Origin: Blastocatellia bacterium
GTDB lineage: Bacteria; Acidobacteriota; Blastocatellia; Chloracidobacteriales; JADJPF01
Direction: 5' to 3'
DNA: 34,802 bases
Assembly (NCBI GenBank): GCA_023265235.1
Contig: JAHFUF010000003.1
Coordinates: 1 to 34,802 of the forward strand
In this document: piece after piece, positions 24,314-32,983 of the stretch
How positions within the stretch are numbered: position 1 is the first letter of the stretch
Layout: every line of letters begins with the position of its first letter
Translations under genes and position numbers: made by a program
The notes under the pieces: generated by a model
What the model was told of the DNA's origin: nothing
The model's database searches: none
Seen by the model: the letters and a program-made list of their open reading frames with translations, nothing else

Positions 24314-25015
24314 ATGAAAAAAATACTAGCTATAACATTATTAATGATCAGTTTAATGCTACCAATCATGGCAAAAGAACCAAATGTATTAGTAAACGTA
24401 CAAGAGCCAACAGCAAAAGATTTATATTTAGATTTTCAAACAAACACAGGGTCAGCAAATGGAGCAAATAATAAACCTAATCGCAACAATAAAGGTCGTC
24501 CAGGGACAAAGCTACAAGTAGATTTAATGCGTAATGGAGAACTAAGTAGAAAATCAACTAAAGAAACTTTTTATTCTGGTGATAGGATAGCCTTTAGGCT
24601 AAACACTAATTTTTCTGGTTATGTTAAGGTTATCAATGTTGGGACTACAGGTAAAAATACAGTGCTTTATGATGGAAAGATTGATTCTAAAGGCTATCGT
24701 ATCCCTCAAAATAATTGGATAAAGTTTGATGACAATGAAGGAATAGAAACAGTGAAATTTATTTTTTCATCTAGTCCAATGAATTTTCAAGTTAATACTA
24801 GCAGTAACAATGTTGCTAGTATTAGTTCAAGTAATAATTCAAGTGGTGGGCAAGTATCAGGAGATAGCGAAGAGCAAATACTCAATGAAATTAACAGTAA
24901 GGACTTAAGCCGTGATTTGAGTTTAGATGTTGTTGGTAATGAGACTTATGTATTGACTTCTGTTGAGAAGTTGCCTAAACCACAATTTTTCACTGTTAAG
25001 CTTGTTCATAAGTAA
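24314..25015 (+). CDS. exported DUF4384-like protein
   Basis: Signal-like MKKILAITLLMISLMLPIMA. FYSGDRIAFRLNTNFSGYVKVINVGTTGKNTVLYDG matches the pattern. An RBS aaggag lies upstream. Confidence 0.7.
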   Translation: MKKILAITLLMISLMLPIMAKEPNVLVNVQEPTAKDLYLDFQTNTGSANGANNKPNRNNKGRPGTKLQVDLMRNGELSRKSTKETFYSGDRIAFRLNTNFSGYVKVINVGTTGKNTVLYDGKIDSKGYRIPQNNWIKFDDNEGIETVKFIFSSSPMNFQVNTSSNNVASISSSNNSSGGQVSGDSEEQILNEINSKDLSRDLSLDVVGNETYVLTSVEKLPKPQFFTVKLVHK

Positions 25016-25027
25016 ATAGGGGGGAAT

Positions 25028-26131
25028 ATGAAAAAAGTTATATTTTTATTAGTTACTGTAATGATGATGGGTTACTGGACAACTTTGACTTATGGTCAAG
25101 GTATTCCTGGGGCCAGAACCGAAGCAACAAACGCTATACAAAAAACAGTTGCTGCTACAGTACACATTATTTCAGGCAAAGATGAAGATTTAGAAGGTTT
25201 TCAAGGTCAAAGCACAGGATCAGGAGTAATCATTAGTTCACAAGGATTGGTATTAACCAACTATCATGTAATTTTTCCTAATGGAGATAGAGACGTAGCA
25301 ATCTGGGCAGGTTTAGTAGATACTCGTAATGAGTATCTACCGCCTAACCAGGTGGTAAGGCTAAAGGTAATTCAAGCTGATAAAGATTTAGATTTAGCAT
25401 TGTTACAAATTGTTTCTAAGCGGGATAGTCAAAAACAAAAATACCCTTATTTATCTTTGGTTACAGATACAGACATAACTTATGGAGATAATTTAACTTT
25501 AGTTGGTTTTCCTAGTGTTGGTGGACTAACTAGCACCGTTGTTAAAACTAGTGTGATTGGGTTTGATGAGCAAGAAGGCTGGATAAAAGTAGAAGGTTCT
25601 GTAATGAGAGGTGCTTCTGGAGGTGCAGTAATTAATAAAAATGGTGAGTTAGTGGGAATTGCCACTAAAGTAGCAGCCGATAAAAGCCCGCTTTTTGATG
25701 AGGAAGGTTTGCCTTTAGGTACTGTGTTACTAGGAACAGTAGGTTTTGTGCGTTCTGCTGATACAATAGCAAATTTTATAAATAGCAGTACTAGTAACAA
25801 TAATGATGCAGGGCGTATTACTAGTAAAACCAGAGAAAAGAAAATAACGGTTAAAGGTGTAGTCTTAGATAAAAAAACAGGCAAACCAATTCCTGGTACA
25901 GTTATAGCAGTACTTGCAGTAGGTCTTTCTGGAAAAGAAGAATTTTCACAAGGAGATTTACTAGCATGGGCACGAACAGATTTTAATGGTGACTTTACAC
26001 TAAATCGCCCATTAAAGTCTGACAAATATCGGGTGAAGGTGGTACATCCTCAATATAAAGTGTTGTTAGATGATATGGATCTAAAAGAGTCAAATGATTT
26101 TGAAATAATGCTTAGTCGAGAAAAGGAGTGA
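25028..26131 (+). CDS. exported trypsin-like serine protease (S1 family) with C-terminal carboxypeptidase-regulatory-like domain
   Basis: The catalytic triad contexts are LVLTNYHVI (His), DLDLALLQI (Asp) and MRGASGGAVINKNGELVGI (Ser). The C-terminus has ITVKGVVLDKKTGKPIPGTVIAVL. Confidence 0.85.
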   Translation: MKKVIFLLVTVMMMGYWTTLTYGQGIPGARTEATNAIQKTVAATVHIISGKDEDLEGFQGQSTGSGVIISSQGLVLTNYHVIFPNGDRDVAIWAGLVDTRNEYLPPNQVVRLKVIQADKDLDLALLQIVSKRDSQKQKYPYLSLVTDTDITYGDNLTLVGFPSVGGLTSTVVKTSVIGFDEQEGWIKVEGSVMRGASGGAVINKNGELVGIATKVAADKSPLFDEEGLPLGTVLLGTVGFVRSADTIANFINSSTSNNNDAGRITSKTREKKITVKGVVLDKKTGKPIPGTVIAVLAVGLSGKEEFSQGDLLAWARTDFNGDFTLNRPLKSDKYRVKVVHPQYKVLLDDMDLKESNDFEIMLSREKE

Positions 26132-26133
26132 TT

Positions 26134-27063
26134 ATGCAAATTAAATTTTACTTAACATTATTGTTATTAGTTTTTATAGTAGCTTGTGATAGCACTCCAA
26201 AAGAAAAAGAGGTTAATTCTAAACTACCTACTGCTAAAGTAGAATTAGCAAACACTCCTGTACCAGAAACTAATGCTAATTTGGACTTGGAAGAATCTTC
26301 ACCTCAATTAGAATTATCTATTTGGAAAAAAGACGCTAATGGAAAGCCTATAAAGACTAGCCCAACACAAGCTTTTCGTAGTGGTGATTCTATTAGAGTA
26401 ACAGTTAAAACAAATAAAGAGGGCTATTTATACCTCTTACTTAATGGCAGTACAGGTAGTAAAAAAGCACTTTATCCTGATGCGCGAATTAATGGAGGTA
26501 CTAATAAAATTAAGGCTGACAAAGAAGTAACTATTCCTGCTAATGGTTGGTTTGTTTTTGATAAAAAACCAGGAGTGGAAACAGTTTATGCTCTATTCGC
26601 GCTAAAACCAGAGCTTAAATTGTTTCAACAAATTGAGCTTATTACAAATTTAAGAAAATATAATCAAGTAGGTGGTAATAATAGCTTAAATCAAGCGAAT
26701 GCTAGTGCAAATGCTAGCACTGGTATTAATACAAGTACAGAAGCCAACAATAGTATTAATGATACCGCAACAGGAAACATAGTTAACCAAACTGACAATA
26801 CAAACAATACAAATAATACAAACAATACTACAACAAATACTGAACTAGAAAATGAGGTTTTGGAACAATTGCAAGAAAGGGCTAAAGATATAGACTACGT
26901 TCCTGATAGCCAATTAATAGCCAATAAGGATTCTAATCATAATAGTAATAGTAATAGCACTAGCACTAGTATCACAAATACTAGTAATTCTGTAAAAGTG
27001 AAGCCTACAGCAATAAATAGACAAGATAGTATAGTCAGTATTCTTAAGCTTTATCATAAATAG
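26134..27063 (+). CDS. DUF4384-like lipoprotein with an N/T/S-rich low-complexity tail
   Basis: I prefer the ATG at 26134 (AAGGAG 5 nt upstream) over the track's GTG at 26128. The lipobox-like segment is LLLVFIVAC. DUF4384 pattern: FRSGDSIRVTVKTNKEGYLYLLLNGSTGSKKALYPD. Confidence 0.7.
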   Translation: MQIKFYLTLLLLVFIVACDSTPKEKEVNSKLPTAKVELANTPVPETNANLDLEESSPQLELSIWKKDANGKPIKTSPTQAFRSGDSIRVTVKTNKEGYLYLLLNGSTGSKKALYPDARINGGTNKIKADKEVTIPANGWFVFDKKPGVETVYALFALKPELKLFQQIELITNLRKYNQVGGNNSLNQANASANASTGINTSTEANNSINDTATGNIVNQTDNTNNTNNTNNTTTNTELENEVLEQLQERAKDIDYVPDSQLIANKDSNHNSNSNSTSTSITNTSNSVKVKPTAINRQDSIVSILKLYHK

Positions 27064-27075
27064 TGATAACTTAGG

Positions 27076-27102
27076 CATTGATTTAGACCTACGAAATCAA
27101 TG
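27076..27102 (+). terminator. 9-bp inverted repeat cattgattt-N9-aaatcaatg, candidate terminator
   Basis: It starts 13 nt after the stop of 26134-27063. There is no clear T-tract, so confidence is low. Confidence 0.3.
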
Positions 27103-27271
27103 TGGCTAAACTACTTTTGCAAGATGTCTAATGTAGTTGTGGGTTTGCATAAAAATAGTAAAAATAGTAAAGAAATAATAAACACTCCCAAATTAAAAAT
27201 CTGAAAGGTTTTTAACTTGAGAGTGTTATATCAATTAAAATAATAAGTTTAGTTACGCTAAGGAGTGGCTT

Positions 27272-29356
27272 ATGAGAAGGTTGTTATTAACCATTTGTGT
27301 TGTAATGTTAATAGGTTTGTCTTTAAGAATGGGTTTAAGTCAAAACACCAGAGGGCAGGCTGTAGTAAAGATAAAAACAGAAGAAGGTATCTTAAATTTA
27401 TATGAAGGAAGTTATGCACTAGTAATAGGAGCGAGTCATTACACAAATGGTTGGTCAAACCTAGAAGGAGTAAATACAGATGTTAATAAAGTTACAACAG
27501 CATTAAAAGAACATGGGTTTGAGGTAGAAATATTAATTGATCCAACTAGAGAACAGTTAGATCAAATGATGAGAAAATTTATTAGTCGTTATGGGATAAA
27601 AGAGGGAAATAGAATAGTCGTTTATTATGCAGGACATGGATATACAGAAAAAAATAATGGCTCAAATTTGGGTTATATAGTGCCTGTAGACGCACCATTA
27701 CCTAAAAAAGATCTTGGTGGGTTTATAGAAAAAGCAATAAGTATGAGCGAAATAGAAAACTATGCTCGTCAAATACGTTCTAAGCATGCCTTATTTGTGT
27801 TTGATAGCTGTTTTTCAGGGACATTATTTGAGCCAAGAAGTAGAGCCGTGCCGCCAATCATTAGTAGCAAAACTTCTAGACCTGTGCGCCAATTTATTAC
27901 CGCAGGAACTGCTGAACAAGAAGTTCCTGATAATAGTGTTTTCTGCCAACAATTTGTTGAAGGATTAAAAGGAGAAGCTGATTTAGATGGAAATAATTTT
28001 ATTACAGGTAATGAATTAGGGGCTTTTTTAGAAACACAAGTAACAAATTATTCTAATCGTAGTCAAACTCCTAGATATGGCACTATCCGTGATCCCAATT
28101 TAGACAAAGGTGATTTTGTATTTGCATTAGTAGATACAAAGGTAGTAGGAATAACAAAACCAAAACCCAAAATGGAAATAGAAAGAGAAGTACCAGTAGG
28201 CACACTAGTAATAACAGCAAATCGTAAAGATATGGAAATATTATTAGATAAGGAAGTAGTAGCGAAATCAAAAGCAGTAGGAGAAAAAATAACAATTAAA
28301 AATATGGAAGCAGGTAAAATAATAGAGATAATAGGGCGAGTAGGAGGAGAAAAAGATGTAGTAGAACAAATTGAGTTAGTAGCAGGGGTAAAAACAGAAA
28401 TGAGCTTAGGCAAAACAATTGTTAGCAGTAATCCTAGTGAAAGTGCTAATACAGTTGGAGCTAGTACAAATGGCAGTTCTATACCAGTAGCAAGTTACAG
28501 ACCAGTAGGAAAAGCAGTAGCCCCAATGATGAGAAGCTATAATTATGAAACGGTGACAATAGATGATAAAGGGTATGTCAAAAATCGAGAAAACAAGCAA
28601 GCAAGTTTTTATGAAGAGGGTTTAGGAAAAGGGGTAAAGCTAGAAATGGTGGAAATAGCTGGGGGGACATTTATGATGGGGTCACTAGAAACAGAGGCCA
28701 GTACATATGGTGATGAGTATCCACAGCATCAAGTAAAAATAGAAGGGTTTTATATAGGAAAATATGAGGTAACACAAGGGCAATGGAAAGCAATAATGGG
28801 AAGTAACCCAAGCGACTTTAAGGGAGATGATAATTTGCCAGTGGAGAACGTAAGCTGGGAAAAAGCAAAAGAGTTTTGTAAGAAGTTGAGTGAAAAAATA
28901 GGAAGGGAATACAGGTTGCCAAGTGAAGCAGAATGGGAATATGCAGCAAGAGGAGGGACAAAAACAGTATTTGGGTTAGGGGAAACAATAACGCCAGATG
29001 TAGTAAACTATAATGGAGATTATTCATATGGGACAGCAACAAAAGGAGAATACAGAAAAAAAACAGTAAAAGTAGGAAGTTTAAGAATAGCAAATGGATA
29101 TGGGATATATGACATGCACGGTAATGTATTGGAATGGTGTGAAGATGGGTGGCATGATAGCTATAAAGGAGCACCAACAGATGGAAGTGCGTGGGAGAGT
29201 GGGGCTGATAATAGTGGCCGGGTCTTGCGCGGTGGTTCGTGGAACAACAATGCTAACGTCTGCCGTTCTGCCTTCCGCAGCAGGAACGCGCCGGGCATCC
29301 TTATCAACTACATCGGGTTTCGGGTTGTTGTTGGGGCTGCGAGGACTCTTAGGTAA
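27272..29356 (+). CDS. DGR target protein 3: exported caspase-like peptidase + PEGA-like domain + FGE-sulfatase/C-type-lectin-fold domain ending in VR3
   Basis: Signal-like MRRLLLTICVVMLIGLSL. His in VVYYAGHGY and Cys in LFVFDSCFSGT. FGE motifs [39 protein letters not shown] and GIYDMHGNVLEWCEDG. The C-terminal 46 codons are the VR. Confidence 0.9.
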   Translation: MRRLLLTICVVMLIGLSLRMGLSQNTRGQAVVKIKTEEGILNLYEGSYALVIGASHYTNGWSNLEGVNTDVNKVTTALKEHGFEVEILIDPTREQLDQMMRKFISRYGIKEGNRIVVYYAGHGYTEKNNGSNLGYIVPVDAPLPKKDLGGFIEKAISMSEIENYARQIRSKHALFVFDSCFSGTLFEPRSRAVPPIISSKTSRPVRQFITAGTAEQEVPDNSVFCQQFVEGLKGEADLDGNNFITGNELGAFLETQVTNYSNRSQTPRYGTIRDPNLDKGDFVFALVDTKVVGITKPKPKMEIEREVPVGTLVITANRKDMEILLDKEVVAKSKAVGEKITIKNMEAGKIIEIIGRVGGEKDVVEQIELVAGVKTEMSLGKTIVSSNPSESANTVGASTNGSSIPVASYRPVGKAVAPMMRSYNYETVTIDDKGYVKNRENKQASFYEEGLGKGVKLEMVEIAGGTFMMGSLETEASTYGDEYPQHQVKIEGFYIGKYEVTQGQWKAIMGSNPSDFKGDDNLPVENVSWEKAKEFCKKLSEKIGREYRLPSEAEWEYAARGGTKTVFGLGETITPDVVNYNGDYSYGTATKGEYRKKTVKVGSLRIANGYGIYDMHGNVLEWCEDGWHDSYKGAPTDGSAWESGADNSGRVLRGGSWNNNANVCRSAFRSRNAPGILINYIGFRVVVGAARTLR
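29218..29353 (+). repeat. DGR variable repeat VR3 (remote, atypical)
   Basis: Collinear with the TR, with differences at TR adenines (GTC, TTC, AGC, ATC, CTT, ATC, TAC). It also has one extra NNC codon in the (AAC)3 tract (ATC AAC TAC ATC vs AAC AAC AAC) and one non-A mismatch (C at 29230 vs T at TR 12777). The first five variable codons equal the TR. Confidence 0.8.
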
Positions 29357-29417
29357 TTATTTGTACTCTTTATCCTTATACACTTAAGCGAGCGAAGCGA
29401 GCGCATGAAAAATTTTT
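29357..29417 (+). repeat. conserved ~60-nt element immediately 3' of VR3
   Basis: ttatttgtactctttatccttatacacttaagcgagcgaagcgagcgcatgaaaaattttt is a near-copy of 11186-11247 and 15079-15140. Confidence 0.8.
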
Positions 29418-29519
29418 AAGAAAACCTGTAATGTTTAACAGCCCAAACAGACAAACAATATAGAAGGATAAAAAAACTGAAGTTTTTAGAACAGTACAAA
29501 ATGAGTAGGGAGTAATAAA

Positions 29520-30557
29520 TTGAAAAAAGATATAAGCGAAAAAGAAATTATAGAATATTTTTTAGGAGGTTTATCTGATGAAAAAGCTGATTCTTTTGAA
29601 GAATCGTATTTTACAGATGAATCTGTCTTTGAGTTAATGGAAATAACAGAGGATCGTTTAGTTGAGAAATATGTTAGTAATCGTTTGTCTGCAACAGATA
29701 AAGCTAGATTTGAAAAACACTACTTGGTTAGCCAACAACGCTATCAAAAAGTACAAGAACAGAAACTTTTGACAGAATTCATTACTACATACCGTTCCGA
29801 TTATTTGCCAGAACCTGTTACAAATGTAAGTGTAGAAACTAGAAAAATAGCTGATAAACAAAAATCTTTCTTTACTGTAATAAAAGAGGCTTTTGAACAA
29901 TCATTTCCGTTAAGATTATCTTTTGCCGCAGGGTTAATAGCAATTATATTTATGCCAATTACGTTACTAAAAATACTTGACCTGCAAAAAGAGTTAGGCG
30001 AAACACAGATTAAATTATCAAAAGCTGAAGAAAAAAAACTAATTAGTGAAGAAGAAAAAGAGCAAAAAGAAAAAGAACGATTAGCGAGTATAGGAGAAAT
30101 AGAAACGTTAAAACAAGACTTAGAGAATGTGAAAAAATTAAATATTGGTTTGGAATCTATTAAAAAAACTGATACTACTTTAGCTTCTACAATAGCGAGT
30201 TTTTTATTAATACCAGGATTATCAAGTAGGGGTGAAGGTCAGAAAGGAAACGAATTAGTTTTACCACAAAACATTAAAACTATAAAAATGCAGCTTAAAC
30301 TAGATACAAAGAAGACTTCACAATACAAAACATTTGAAATCAAAATAACAGATATTAAGGAAAATGTTGTTGAACCAGGCAAGCTAATTTTTGTCCCTAA
30401 TCCTAACGCAAAAGTATTGGCATTTGAACTACCTGCTACACAATTTAATTCTGGAGATTATATTCTAGTTCTAAATGGAATTAGCGATAGTGGTTCTAAG
30501 GTAAAGGATTTAGATGTCTATCAATTTTCAGTTGCTGTTAATAAGAAGTCTAAATAG
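29520..30557 (+). CDS. single-pass membrane protein with anti-sigma-factor-like N-terminus and coiled-coil region
   Basis: TTG start with gggag upstream. The N-terminal EIIEYFLGGLSDEKADSFEESYFTDESVFELME...LSATDKARFEKHY resembles cytoplasmic anti-sigma N-domains. The TM helix is LSFAAGLIAIIFMPITLL, followed by a K/E-rich coiled coil. It neighbours an ECF sigma gene. The functional call is tentative. Confidence 0.5.
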   Translation: MKKDISEKEIIEYFLGGLSDEKADSFEESYFTDESVFELMEITEDRLVEKYVSNRLSATDKARFEKHYLVSQQRYQKVQEQKLLTEFITTYRSDYLPEPVTNVSVETRKIADKQKSFFTVIKEAFEQSFPLRLSFAAGLIAIIFMPITLLKILDLQKELGETQIKLSKAEEKKLISEEEKEQKEKERLASIGEIETLKQDLENVKKLNIGLESIKKTDTTLASTIASFLLIPGLSSRGEGQKGNELVLPQNIKTIKMQLKLDTKKTSQYKTFEIKITDIKENVVEPGKLIFVPNPNAKVLAFELPATQFNSGDYILVLNGISDSGSKVKDLDVYQFSVAVNKKSK

Positions 30558-30651
30558 TTGTCAATTAAATATATATGGAATTTGTTTTGTAAACTTATTG
30601 ATTCTAAAAAATCTTAAGTCTTTAATGCCCTTAACAGGACATTTGACAATA

Positions 30652-30673
30652 GCCCAGTGATTTATCTCTGGGC
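30652..30673. repeat. hairpin element gcccagtgatttatctctgggc (copy 2), terminator- or REP-like
   Basis: It lies between the convergent genes 29520-30557 and 30691-31218. It is homologous to 17819-17840, including the flanks (aatagccc ... ctgggct(t)aag). The stem mismatch sits at a different position in each copy. Confidence 0.45.
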
Positions 30674-30690
30674 TGGGCTAAGACAGTTTT

Positions 30691-31218
30691 TTAGGTTTTA
30701 GGTTTTAGATATTTGCTTACGCATTTTAGCATTGCTGTTTTAATACGAAATCTTTTTACACGAAGATTTACTACAGTTAATCCTATTTGTTCTGCAAGAA
30801 CATCATCTTTATCTAAATCATCGGAAAAGAAAATAAGACGGTCGTTTAGGGACAACGCGAGATTATCAGCACATTTTCTTACGTATTGCAAATATTGTTT
30901 CTGGATTAATACATCATCTAATGAATTTCCTTTTTGTGGATATTCAGCTTTTATATCCTCTAAAGATTCAGGTGCTTTTTGAAGCTTTTTATACATATCT
31001 ATAGCAAGATGTTTAGCTATCCCAAAAGCAAAAGCTTCAATATTTTCAATAGGATGCTTAGCATTGATTTTTTTAAACAAAGCACTCATAACTTCACTAG
31101 CAAGATCCTCTGCCTGGTTACTTAAACCTTTGCGATAGAAAAAAATACAAAGTTTTTTAAGCAACGTAGGAAATTTTTGAGCAAACTCATCTAGTGGAGA
31201 GTTGTAGTTGAAACTCAT
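30691..31218 (-). CDS. ECF-type sigma-70 family factor
   Basis: 175 aa. Region-2-like NQAEDLASEVMSALFKKI...EAFAFGIAKHLAIDMYKK and a region-4-like HTH, LAEQIGLTVVNLRVKRFRIKTAML. Confidence 0.7.
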   Translation of the reverse strand: MSFNYNSPLDEFAQKFPTLLKKLCIFFYRKGLSNQAEDLASEVMSALFKKINAKHPIENIEAFAFGIAKHLAIDMYKKLQKAPESLEDIKAEYPQKGNSLDDVLIQKQYLQYVRKCADNLALSLNDRLIFFSDDLDKDDVLAEQIGLTVVNLRVKRFRIKTAMLKCVSKYLKPKT

Positions 31219-31350
31219 TAGCCCTCTAAATTATTTACTTACGAGTATATTGCTAGTTAATGTAATTACTAATTATTAAAGAAGCAATTAGGAGCGACAA
31301 TAATACTACAATTATTTACAATAATAAAGATAACTGTGTATAGTTTTTTT

Positions 31351-32913
31351 CTATTCAGAGGAGGTTAATACTATAAAAGCTGTTTGCCAATCAAATTTAA
31401 TTTTGGTAGTAGAGCCACTTTTTTGCTTATTGGCTTCTAACATAGTTTTTTCTAATTTTTCTGTGATGAGAGAAAATACTTCTTTCCAAGATAAATCTTC
31501 AGATAAGACCTTATTATGAAAGTTGAGAGGCACAGTTGATAACAAAGCGACAACCGTATCTTGACCAACAGGCGCACTAACTGTTAAGCCAAAATCTCCT
31601 GTATTTTGTGGTATAGAAATTATACCTGGTGTAATAAAATTATAGGAATATTCTTTATTAGGAAAAATACAAACAACGGATTCTTTTTTATCTAATGTTT
31701 TAGTGAAAATAAGCAAATGTAAATAACCTTCAACATCGGTTTTTATTTTGTAAGAAATTTTCTCCCCTAATTTGTAATCAGTTTTTTGCTCTGTGGTATT
31801 AACTATAATATTAATCTTAGAGTTAGTATTTATTAGACTAGCAAATTGGCTAGGAATTGAAAGGGTAGGTATTGGAGAACTGGTTAATATTTCTGGTTTT
31901 ACAATAGGCTTATTAGCTGTTACTCCAAATACAGGTAATGTTTTTAGTGAGGGAGGAGAAATAATTTCAAAGTATGGGTTTTGATAGTACTTAATTTTTT
32001 GTTGTTCTTTTAGTTTTTCTATATTTTTAGTAATTGTTTCCTCTAAAGTATCTAAAGAAAGGAGTTTATCTTTTTGCAGTTCTACAAAAAAATAAGAAAA
32101 AACTCCATAAGCCTTGCTATCAGAAATAAATTCTTGTGCTGGTTGATAAGCTGCTGCTGCACTTAGTATTACTATACCATCAGGGTTATTAATCTTTGAA
32201 ATATCAACAAAAGGTGAAGACGCTTGGTTAGAGCGACTAACACTACTCTTATTAATTTGTGGCAATATTGTATAGCCTAGACTGTCATTGTCCTGAGCGT
32301 TTGAACCACGCGTAGACCTAGTAATAGTTTCTATTTCTTGAAGTTGGTCAGGTGTTGGCAAATAACGAACAGTGCTTTGTGCTAAATCTTTGGTGGATAG
32401 AGTACTACGAGATATTGTACCAGAATGACAACTATCAAAAATCAATACTGCTTTCCTACCACCAAGCTGAGAAATGAACTTTTCAAAAACATCATCTCGA
32501 ATTTCATTAGCTTGGGTCTTAGGGTCAGCATCATAAGCAACAATAGTTTCATCCATTTTATCTTCTTCATCACCGTTATCATCCTTTATCTGAGAGCCAT
32601 GGCCAGCAAAAAAGAAAAACACTCTATCACCTGGTTTTGTATCGGTGATTAACCAAGTACAAAAAGTATTTTCTATTTCTGTTGCAGTTGCTTGTTCATT
32701 GAGCAAAAGCTTGATATCTGAGTTAGCAAAGCCAAGTTTGTCAGTTATAAAGCTTTCCATACGTTTTGCATCTGGGACAGCACCGAAAAGAGGACGTAGC
32801 CCTTTATCGCTATGCTTGTAAGTCGAAATACCAATGATTAAAGCACGATCACGAGCATAGGAAAGAGAAGAACACAGTAGAAGGAAAATAAAGGCTATAA
32901 TGCAGTATTTCAT
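31351..32913 (-). CDS. exported caspase-like peptidase (C14) with C-terminal DUF4384-like domain (inverted paralogue of 5719-7200)
   Basis: Signal-like MKYCIIAFIFLLLCSSLSYA. His in FFFFAGHGS and Cys in LIFDSCHSGT. DDNGDEEDKMDETIVAYD parallels DDNGDEDDGKDETIVPYD in 5719-7200. The C-terminus has GEKISYKIKTDVEGYLHLLIFTKT. Confidence 0.85.
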   Translation of the reverse strand: MKYCIIAFIFLLLCSSLSYARDRALIIGISTYKHSDKGLRPLFGAVPDAKRMESFITDKLGFANSDIKLLLNEQATATEIENTFCTWLITDTKPGDRVFFFFAGHGSQIKDDNGDEEDKMDETIVAYDADPKTQANEIRDDVFEKFISQLGGRKAVLIFDSCHSGTISRSTLSTKDLAQSTVRYLPTPDQLQEIETITRSTRGSNAQDNDSLGYTILPQINKSSVSRSNQASSPFVDISKINNPDGIVILSAAAAYQPAQEFISDSKAYGVFSYFFVELQKDKLLSLDTLEETITKNIEKLKEQQKIKYYQNPYFEIISPPSLKTLPVFGVTANKPIVKPEILTSSPIPTLSIPSQFASLINTNSKINIIVNTTEQKTDYKLGEKISYKIKTDVEGYLHLLIFTKTLDKKESVVCIFPNKEYSYNFITPGIISIPQNTGDFGLTVSAPVGQDTVVALLSTVPLNFHNKVLSEDLSWKEVFSLITEKLEKTMLEANKQKSGSTTKIKFDWQTAFIVLTSSE

Positions 32914-32983
32914 GATTAGCTACCGTAATTATCCTAGAAATAATAGTTTTACAATTTTAAGATTTTTGTAAAGAGTATTTTAA

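Noticed and set aside
26680-27010. The N/T/S-rich tract (aat/aca/act-rich DNA) at the 3' end of 26134-27063 as a phase-variable microsatellite
   Set aside because: The repeats are imperfect and mixed (aataca, aatact, agtaat) rather than a pure tandem unit. This is more simply a low-complexity linker in an AT-rich genome.
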